Source: Bdellovibrionales bacterium (GTDB lineage: Bacteria > Bdellovibrionota > Bdellovibrionia > Bdellovibrionales > UBA1609). From it: 32,000 bases of DNA. Below the pieces are notes generated by a model that was given only the letters and a program-made list of their open reading frames with translations, was not told the origin of the DNA and searched no databases. A program made the position numbers and the translations under genes. Of the stretch, positions 25,340-32,000 are shown piece after piece (position 1 is the stretch's first letter; each line of letters opens with the position of its first letter). The DNA is taken from assembly GCA_965247685.1 (NCBI GenBank), contig OZ252021.1, positions 510,001-542,000 of the forward strand, read 5' to 3'.

Positions 25340-26197
25340 TTATAGTGTTTTTACAGCTTGATTATTTATGGTGATCTTGTATTTAGACTGCAGCTTATTA
25401 AAATACAGATTGAGGGCTTGAGACCTTTTACTGGTAAAAATTTGGTTTCTTATTGCCTCTTTATTAACCTTAGAGAAAGGAATAATTTTTTTAAGTTTTA
25501 ATATATAAAATCCATTTGGAGTCTGAACTGGTTTGCTGATTTGATTCGGTTTAAGCTTTTTTAAGGCGTCATAAATCAAAGGATAAAGTGAATCCTTTGT
25601 ATAGCTCACATTAGAAGTCCCTATTGCATTATTATCCGAATAAAGAGGGACTAACTTTTCAAAAGGTCTTTTATCTTTTAAAACCTTAGAATAAATACCT
25701 TGGACTCTTTTTTTAATGTTACTTAACTGCCGACTGTTCAACAAAGATGGAATATCGATAACAATAAAATGAAAGTTAAAAGCAGGATCAGCAGAATAAG
25801 TTTTTCTTAAGTTAGCATTGCCTAAAGCACGAACTTCTTTATTTAGAGATAAGAGTCGCGATCTCATTTTATTTTCAACAAAAGCTTTGTAGACAACTTG
25901 ATTGACAGACTTTTTTAAAGAGCTCTTTCTAATCATAGATTGAATATTCGCAGATTTAAAAAGAGTTTTATCGTTATAAGCTTCAATAAGAGCTATCTGA
26001 TAACGAACATAGTCTACAACAAATTGTGCACGAGAAGGTGCGTTCAAAGTGTTGTTGATAACAAACCGATAAGCTTCTTTGACCTCTTCTAAAGGAACAC
26101 TCTGTTTAAATTTCCCCCTTTGAATAGTGGCGATAGTTTGAGCTTGAATGACAGAAGAGAAAAAAATAAATAGAAAAACAACAAAAAAACGAAACAT
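25340..26197 (-). CDS. PpiC/parvulin-type peptidyl-prolyl isomerase / SurA-family chaperone
   Basis: Signal peptide MFRFFVVFLFIFFSSVIQAQ. The C-terminal LKKLKPNQISKPVQTPNGFYILKL matches the parvulin l..l..G.iS.Pv.t..G.hi..l motif. I place the start at the ATG at 26197 with SD AAGGAAG; the track start at 26251 runs into etfA. Confidence 0.7.
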   Translation of the reverse strand: MFRFFVVFLFIFFSSVIQAQTIATIQRGKFKQSVPLEEVKEAYRFVINNTLNAPSRAQFVVDYVRYQIALIEAYNDKTLFKSANIQSMIRKSSLKKSVNQVVYKAFVENKMRSRLLSLNKEVRALGNANLRKTYSADPAFNFHFIVIDIPSLLNSRQLSNIKKRVQGIYSKVLKDKRPFEKLVPLYSDNNAIGTSNVSYTKDSLYPLIYDALKKLKPNQISKPVQTPNGFYILKLKKIIPFSKVNKEAIRNQIFTSKRSQALNLYFNKLQSKYKITINNQAVKTL

Positions 26198-26243
26198 ACA
26201 CAACTTCCTTTTTATCCGTATAAGTCTACATGGATAAGAGGAC

Positions 26244-27188
26244 TTAATCAAGCCCTCGGTCTTTTCTTATTTCATTTGAAAAAGCCTCAATGATTTCAAA
26301 AACATCTCCAACTAGTCCATAGTTTGCCTTTTTAAATATAGGAGCCGAAGAATCCTTATTTACAGCAACCACCACTTGAGCCCCTTGAATACCTACTAAG
26401 TGCTGGACAGCTCCTGAAATACCAAAAGCCATGTAAAGCTGTGGAAAAACAGAAACTCCAGTTTGACCAACCTGCATATAATGAGGCACCCATCCTGCAT
26501 CCACGACAGCACGAGAAGCCCCTACTGCAGTGTCTTTCATAAGAATGGCAAGATCTTCAAGTTGTTTAAAGTTTTCAGCAGCCCCCATTCCTCTTCCACC
26601 CGAAACAACATGTTTTGCTGTTTGTAAATCTTTTACTGAAGAAGAGCTCTCCTGCCGATTTACATTTAAAATTTGTGTATCAAAAGTTTCAAAAAGAACT
26701 TCTTTTGAAGAAGCTCTTTTTGAAACTGAAGGCTTTTCAAACTGAGATAATGCTGAAGCATTCATCATTATAAACAAAGGTTTTTTTGAAACCTTTATTT
26801 TTCCAACGAGTTTTCCTGTGAAAAGAGTTTTCTCTAAAAAAACTGTGTCTTTCTCCACACGTATGTTCAAAACATCATTGAATAAGATCCCTTTTTTCGA
26901 AAAAGCCACGCGAGGAATAAAATCTCTATACAAAAGAGAATCTAAAGAAAGAATCAGATCAGGGTTTTTTTTATCATAAAGATCAGATAAAACTTTTGAG
27001 AAAAATAAAGAGTGACGAAGTTTTTTTTCACTCACTCGAAAATAAGAACAAGAAGAAGGAATCTCAAAACGAGGATCTTCCTCAAAAGAAAGCACCTCAA
27101 TCTCTTGAGAAAACTGTTGAGCATAAGAGATTAATTTTAAACTTTCAGCACTTCTTTTTGAATCTAATAAAATAAGAATTTTTTTCAT
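26244..27188 (-). CDS. etfA: Electron transfer flavoprotein alpha subunit
   Basis: 314 aa with the FAD-binding C-terminal motifs VSGGRGMG, GASRAVVDAGW, QVGQTG and FGISGAVQH. Confidence 0.9.
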   Translation of the reverse strand: MKKILILLDSKRSAESLKLISYAQQFSQEIEVLSFEEDPRFEIPSSCSYFRVSEKKLRHSLFFSKVLSDLYDKKNPDLILSLDSLLYRDFIPRVAFSKKGILFNDVLNIRVEKDTVFLEKTLFTGKLVGKIKVSKKPLFIMMNASALSQFEKPSVSKRASSKEVLFETFDTQILNVNRQESSSSVKDLQTAKHVVSGGRGMGAAENFKQLEDLAILMKDTAVGASRAVVDAGWVPHYMQVGQTGVSVFPQLYMAFGISGAVQHLVGIQGAQVVVAVNKDSSAPIFKKANYGLVGDVFEIIEAFSNEIRKDRGLD

Positions 27189-27196
27189 TTTAAACC

Positions 27197-27955
27197 TTAT
27201 AAAATTTGTTCTTTTTCTTTTAAAATTTGATAAAGTTTTTGAGCCTGTTCTTGAGGAGAGCCTTCAATCATACACACTGGAGACCGAGGTTGAGGAAACC
27301 TCAATTGCTCTACAGTAAAAAAGCTTTCTATTTCTGGAACTTGATGTGTTTCGATAGGTTTATTTTTGGCTCGCATGATTGCAGGTAAATTTGGATATCT
27401 AGGCTCATTAATCCCCTTTGTAACACAAACAACAAAAGGAGTTTGGACTTGTAAAACTTCTTTTTGCACTCCCTCTAAAGCTCTTTGGACTTCAAAACAC
27501 TGTTTTTTTTGCTGGATCTTATTTACAGGAAAAATATGAGGCCAAGCTAAGGCTTCAGCAAGCGCTGGACCAAAAGCACTAAAGCCCCAATCTACGGACT
27601 GTTTCCCGCAAAATATTATATCTGTTTTTTGAAGTTCATCAGCAAGTGTTTCATATACAACACGAGCTTGAGTAATAGAATCCAGCTCTTGGGAGGTTTC
27701 AAGATGAATCCCTTTTTGAACATTCATAGCTAAAGCTGTACGAAGTGCGTCTTTACACCTTTTTGGACCTAAAGTACAAACAGTCACCTCCCCGCCATTT
27801 TTTTCACTCATTCTAATTGCTTCTTCCAGAGCAAATTCATCATAAGGGTTGATCACCCACTTAATAGAGACCAAATCTAAACTCTTTTCATTTTCTTTAA
27901 TTTGAAAACGAGTCGAGGTATCAGGGACTTGCTTAATAAAAACTAAATAATTCAT
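27197..27955 (-). CDS. etfB: Electron transfer flavoprotein beta subunit
   Basis: 252 aa with MNYLVFIKQVPDT at the N-terminus and NPYDEFALEEA. It lies 8 nt upstream of etfA. Confidence 0.9.
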   Translation of the reverse strand: MNYLVFIKQVPDTSTRFQIKENEKSLDLVSIKWVINPYDEFALEEAIRMSEKNGGEVTVCTLGPKRCKDALRTALAMNVQKGIHLETSQELDSITQARVVYETLADELQKTDIIFCGKQSVDWGFSAFGPALAEALAWPHIFPVNKIQQKKQCFEVQRALEGVQKEVLQVQTPFVVCVTKGINEPRYPNLPAIMRAKNKPIETHQVPEIESFFTVEQLRFPQPRSPVCMIEGSPQEQAQKLYQILKEKEQIL

Positions 27956-27988
27956 ATTTTTTCGTTTTGTTTTCTTTGATTTTTCTAT

Positions 27989-28669
27989 ATGATCTACTTC
28001 AATATGAAAAGCCTTTTTATAAAAATTAATATCTGGCGAAAAGCAACTATAGGCCTCACGGGACTAGGGCTTTCGGTTTTTATACTCGCACATATGTTGG
28101 GGAATTTACTCCTTTTTGTAGGAGAAAAGGAATATAATATTTATTCCCATAAACTTATTAATAATCCAGGAATAATTGTCATAGAAACTTTACTCCTTCT
28201 TGTTTTTGCCATTCATGTCATTTGGGCTTTGGCTCTAACTTTTTTCGACAAACAAGCTAAAGGGGCTTCACCTCAAAAAGACTCAATGAACACTTTGATT
28301 CAAAAGACTTTATGGCTACAAGGAATTGTCATTTTAATATTTATTATCATCCACTTAATAACCTTCAAATATGGACCTTATTACAAAGCAGAGTATGATG
28401 GGCAAACTGTAAGAAATTTGTTTCGCCTTGTAAGTGAAGTCTTTCAAAAACCTATTTATATAGTGTGGTATATTTTAAGTTTAGTTATTTTATCTTTTCA
28501 TTTGAATCATGGTCTTCAAGCCTCTATTCGATCCTTAGGTTTTTACCATGAAAAATACACCCCAAGAATTCAAAAGATTTGCCTTGCCTACACCCTTATT
28601 GTTACTTTAGGTTTTATATCTCAACCTCTTTATGTATTTTTCGTTCAAGGAGGCGGCTTTGGACTCTAA
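27989..28669 (+). CDS. sdhC: Succinate dehydrogenase/fumarate reductase cytochrome b subunit (single-subunit b558-type anchor)
   Basis: 226 aa with five predicted TM helices carrying conserved His residues ([29 protein letters not shown]). It lies directly upstream of sdhA. The start could instead be the ATG at 28004. Confidence 0.8.
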   Translation: MIYFNMKSLFIKINIWRKATIGLTGLGLSVFILAHMLGNLLLFVGEKEYNIYSHKLINNPGIIVIETLLLLVFAIHVIWALALTFFDKQAKGASPQKDSMNTLIQKTLWLQGIVILIFIIIHLITFKYGPYYKAEYDGQTVRNLFRLVSEVFQKPIYIVWYILSLVILSFHLNHGLQASIRSLGFYHEKYTPRIQKICLAYTLIVTLGFISQPLYVFFVQGGGFGL

Positions 28670-28670
28670 A

Positions 28671-30557
28671 ATGCCCTCCGGCCCTTTACATAATCGGTGG
28701 AAGTTTTGTCGCCAAAGATCTGCTTTGGTCAATCCTGCAAACCGAAAAAAATATGATGTCATTGTGGTAGGCGCAGGCTTAGCTGGGGCTTCTGCTTCTG
28801 CCAGCCTTGGAGAACAGGGTTACTGTATAAAAACTTTTTTTATGCATGACTCTCCTCGAAGAGCTCACTCTATTGCTGCTCAAGGTGGAATTAATGCAGC
28901 AAAAAATTATCCTAATGACGGAGACTCTGTCTACCGACTCTTTTATGACACCATCAAAGGAGGAGACTTTAGAGCTCGAGAAAGCAATGTTTATCGTCTC
29001 GCTGAAATTTCAAACCATATTATTGATCACTGTGTAGCTCAAGGAGTTCCTTTTGCTCGTGAGTACAGTGGTTATTTAGATAATCGCTCTTTTGGAGGAG
29101 CACAGGTGGCTCGTACTTTCTACGCCCGAGGACAAACTGGTCAACAGCTTTTGCTTGGAGCTTATTCTTCATTAATGAATCAAGTGGAAAAAAGAAGAGT
29201 GAAACTTTTCCCACGAAGAGAAATGATTGACTTGATTGTTGAAGATGAAAAAGCTCGGGGAATCACTGTTCGAAACTTAGTTACAGGAGAAATTGAAACA
29301 CATACTGCTCATGTGGTTTTACTTTGCACAGGTGGTTACGGAAATGTTTTTTATTTGTCCACAAATGCCCTGCACTCTAATGTGACAGCCGCTTGGCGTT
29401 GTCATAAGAAGGGAGCTCAATTTGCAAACCCTTGTTTTACACAGATTCATCCTACTTGTATTCCTCGTTCTCACAAAGGGCAATCTAAGCTGACACTTAT
29501 GTCTGAATCTTTAAGAAATGATGGAAGAGTATGGGTTCCTAAACAAATGGGTGATAAAAGGAATCCGAAAGATATTCCAGAAAGAGGAAGAGATTATTAT
29601 TTAGAACGTATCTATCCTTCTTTTGGAAACTTAGTTCCTCGAGATGTGGCATCTAGGCAGGCGAAGTTTCAGGTAGATGCAGGAAGAGGGGTTGGACCTA
29701 CAAGAGAAGCTGTATATTTAGATTTCAACCAAGCAATAAGTAATCACGGTAAAAAAACCATATCCGAGAAGTATGAAAATCTATTTCAAATGTATCAGCA
29801 AATTACAGGAGAAAACCCTTATAAAACACCCATGAAAATTTTTCCAGCTGTTCACTACACCATGGGTGGATTATGGGTGGATTATCATTTACAAAGCACT
29901 ATTCCCGGGCTTTTTGTTTTAGGGGAGGCTAATTTCTCCGATCACGGAGCAAATCGTCTTGGAGCATCTGCTCTCATGCAAGGACTTGCAGATGGCTACT
30001 TCATTGCACCCGTTAGTATTGCGAACTATCTGGCCCAAAATTCTTTCCCTGCTGTCTCAGAATCTATATTAAAAAAATCTATTAGCGAGCAAAAAGAAAA
30101 AATTGATAATTTGTTGAATTTTAAAGGAAATACCCCCGTTAAAGATATTCACAAAGAATTAGGTGATATTTTATGGGATAATGTGGGAATGATTCGAAAT
30201 GAAAAAACCCTTACATCTGCAATAAAACAAACCCAAAATTTGAGAGAAAAGTTTTGGAGTCATAGTTACATTGTAGGAGAAGCTGACTATAAGAATGCTG
30301 AATTGGAAAGAGCTATGCGTGTCGCAGATTTCTTGGAATTAGGAGAACTAATGGCTCAAGATGCTCTTTTTAGAAAAGAATCTTGTGGTTCACACTTTAG
30401 AACAGAATACCAAACCGAAGAGCAAGAAGCTGTTCGAGATGATAAAAACTTTTGCCATGTCAGTTCCTGGGAGTGGACTTCCACATGTCAATGGAAAGAA
30501 CACCGTGAGCCTCTTGTTTTTGAAGAAGTCATCCCATCTCAAAGAAGTTACAAATAA
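28671..30557 (+). CDS. sdhA: Succinate dehydrogenase/fumarate reductase flavoprotein subunit
   Basis: [11 protein letters not shown] dinucleotide fold, covalent-FAD His context [12 protein letters not shown] and HYTMGG. I place the start at the ATG at 28671, 1 nt after the sdhC stop, with AAGGAGG upstream. The track start at 28632 overlaps sdhC. Confidence 0.92.
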   Translation: MPSGPLHNRWKFCRQRSALVNPANRKKYDVIVVGAGLAGASASASLGEQGYCIKTFFMHDSPRRAHSIAAQGGINAAKNYPNDGDSVYRLFYDTIKGGDFRARESNVYRLAEISNHIIDHCVAQGVPFAREYSGYLDNRSFGGAQVARTFYARGQTGQQLLLGAYSSLMNQVEKRRVKLFPRREMIDLIVEDEKARGITVRNLVTGEIETHTAHVVLLCTGGYGNVFYLSTNALHSNVTAAWRCHKKGAQFANPCFTQIHPTCIPRSHKGQSKLTLMSESLRNDGRVWVPKQMGDKRNPKDIPERGRDYYLERIYPSFGNLVPRDVASRQAKFQVDAGRGVGPTREAVYLDFNQAISNHGKKTISEKYENLFQMYQQITGENPYKTPMKIFPAVHYTMGGLWVDYHLQSTIPGLFVLGEANFSDHGANRLGASALMQGLADGYFIAPVSIANYLAQNSFPAVSESILKKSISEQKEKIDNLLNFKGNTPVKDIHKELGDILWDNVGMIRNEKTLTSAIKQTQNLREKFWSHSYIVGEADYKNAELERAMRVADFLELGELMAQDALFRKESCGSHFRTEYQTEEQEAVRDDKNFCHVSSWEWTSTCQWKEHREPLVFEEVIPSQRSYK

Positions 30558-30609
30558 AACAAACATTAGATTGAACAAAGCAAACACATTAACCGATAAT
30601 AAATTTACT

Positions 30610-31350
30610 ATGAAAATAACACTTCATGTTTGGAAACAAAAAAATCAAAACTCGAAAGGGAGCTTTGCCACCTTTGTTTTAGATCAGGTTTCCCCTGATT
30701 CTTCTTTTTTAGAAATGCTTGATATTTTAAACGAGAAACTCATTCAAGAAAAAAAAGAACCCATCGCATTTGATCACGATTGTAGAGAAGGAATTTGTGG
30801 TTCTTGCAGTTTAAGAATTAATGGAAAATCTCATGGACCCAAACGAGGTCAAGCTAGCTGCCAAATTCACATGAGACAGTTTAAAGACGAAGATGAAATA
30901 TGGATTGAGCCTTTTAGAGCCAGAGCTTTCCCTGTCGTTCGTGATCTGATTGTCAATCGAAGTGCTTTAGATCGAGTGATTCAATCTGGAGGATACATCC
31001 GTGTCAAAACAGGCGCAGCACCTGAAGCTCATAGTCAACTTGTATCTAAGACTAAAGCTAATGAAGCTTTTAACGCAGCGGCTTGTATTGGTTGTGGAGC
31101 CTGCGTAGACGCTTGTAAAAACGCTTCTGCCAGCCTTTTTGTCGGGGCAAAACTTCTGCATTTATCTTCTCTTCCACAAGGGCAGATAGGAGAAAAAGCC
31201 CGCACTCTCAATATGGTTCGACAAATGGATCAAGAAGGTTTTGGAGCCTGTTCTCATACAGGGCAATGTGAAGCTGTTTGTCCTAAAGAAATCTCTCTAA
31301 AAGCTATTGCCCACATGAATCGTAAATACTTGAAGCACTCTTTAGGTTAA
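30610..31350 (+). CDS. sdhB: Succinate dehydrogenase/fumarate reductase iron-sulfur subunit
   Basis: MKITLHVWKQ... with the 2Fe-2S motif CREGICGSCSLRING, the 4Fe-4S motif CIGCGACVDAC and the 3Fe-4S motif CSHTGQCEAVCP. The track ORF start at 30361 lies inside sdhA in another frame. Confidence 0.9.
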   Translation: MKITLHVWKQKNQNSKGSFATFVLDQVSPDSSFLEMLDILNEKLIQEKKEPIAFDHDCREGICGSCSLRINGKSHGPKRGQASCQIHMRQFKDEDEIWIEPFRARAFPVVRDLIVNRSALDRVIQSGGYIRVKTGAAPEAHSQLVSKTKANEAFNAAACIGCGACVDACKNASASLFVGAKLLHLSSLPQGQIGEKARTLNMVRQMDQEGFGACSHTGQCEAVCPKEISLKAIAHMNRKYLKHSLG

Positions 31351-31353
31351 AAG

Positions 31354-32000
31354 TTAAATATAAAAACGAAGATAAGATGATCCAATAATGACTAAGTCTT
31401 TATTTTTTAGAGTCGCCTTTTGTAGGTGTTTATAGTTGAATAAAATATACTCTTTATAAGGAGTGTAGAAAGTGATTTTGTTTTTTTCTAAAAAGAGATC
31501 AAACCAGATATCTTTGAAATGGCTGTCTAAAAGAAGAAGCTGTGAGTCTGTAAAGCCAATTTTTCTTGGAAGGTAACCAATATCCCAAACCTCATCTTTT
31601 TGAGTACCTTTTTCTATTTTAACTTGAAATGTTTTCTTTAAAATATCCATTGGTCGAATTTCATCTTCTAAAGATAAAGACAGTTCATCAAGTGTTTGTG
31701 AAAACTGTTTATGAGTTTCAAATAAAGAAATCCCCTTTAATTCGTTTATCTGAGATAGATTTTGATTCTCCACTTGAAAAAGGGTAGAACCCAGCTGAAA
31801 GGAAGCCCCAGAGTGAAGCACAAGAAAGGAAACAGCATTTTTATTGTATAAAATATTTTCTTTTAAACCTTTTACAGACTGAATAGAAAATTGGTTATCT
31901 ATTTTTAAAATTTGAGCATGAGGGCTTTGAATATCTGAATCTTGTACAAGAAAATCTCCTCGTTTTTGTCCAATAGTCATTCTATCTTTAAGAGAAATTT
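31354..32000 (-). CDS. FHA-domain protein (5' end probably beyond the window)
   Basis: ...MTIGQKRGDFLVQDSDIQSPHAQILKIDNQFSIQSV...FQLGSTLFQV fits the FHA core (iGR...d..l.d..vS..HA.i). The frame stays open upstream of the ATG at 31980 to the window edge (..ISLKDR-M..), so the true start is likely outside. The C-terminal ~130 aa is unassigned. Confidence 0.65.
   Translation of the reverse strand, partial: ISLKDRMTIGQKRGDFLVQDSDIQSPHAQILKIDNQFSIQSVKGLKENILYNKNAVSFLVLHSGASFQLGSTLFQVENQNLSQINELKGISLFETHKQFSQTLDELSLSLEDEIRPMDILKKTFQVKIEKGTQKDEVWDIGYLPRKIGFTDSQLLLLDSHFKDIWFDLFLEKNKITFYTPYKEYILFNYKHLQKATLKNKDLVIIGSSYLRFYI

Overview
AT-rich, densely coding bacterial chromosomal window with about 35 genes, short or overlapping intergenic spacers and several ATGA or TTGA start/stop overlaps. 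Most of it is core housekeeping. The genes are priA (partial), a glutamine-dependent nadE, an ndk / PilF-like TPR lipoprotein / RodZ-like / DnaQ-like exonuclease operon, mdh-sucC-sucD, uppP, tRNA-Phe(GAA), a sigma-54 enhancer-binding protein, dnaB, ftsK, dapA, dapB, a short transaldolase/Fsa-type gene, two SurA/parvulin-like periplasmic chaperones, etfBA, a single-cytochrome-b sdhCAB, and a partial FHA-domain gene. The gene content (RodZ, PilF-like, Tad-type parts, sigma-54 EBP, Hanks kinase plus FHA, one-subunit cytochrome b SQR) and the AT-richness suggest a Gram-negative, possibly Bdellovibrionota/Oligoflexia-like organism. That is only an impression and cannot be verified here. I see no rRNA, CRISPR array, transposase/integrase, prophage or recognisable defence or toxin-antitoxin system, and no obvious novel multi-gene system. 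The parts most worth a second look are listed here. (1) A 143-aa, almost purely Lys/Arg histone-H1/Hc2-like gene built from exact DNA tandem repeats, directly upstream of mdh-sucCD. (2) An uncharacterised three-gene envelope cluster (2113-5027). Its last member combines a Flp/TadE-like N-terminus, four PPxY motifs, an NLS-like basic patch and a C-terminal TM helix. (3) An orphan TadB/TadC-like platform pair plus a small secreted Cys protein. (4) A membrane Hanks-type kinase with no glycine in its glycine-rich loop, immediately upstream of uppP. (5) A hairpin that sequesters the SD of the sigma-54 activator. (6) Several operon-first genes with a -10-like hexamer 6-8 nt upstream of the ATG and no SD, which may be leaderless. 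(7) An unannotated 38-codon membrane-peptide ORF that overlaps the tal stop codon. All start-codon refinements come from reading the sequence. The ORF track uses GTG and TTG as M, which creates several artificial N-terminal extensions.
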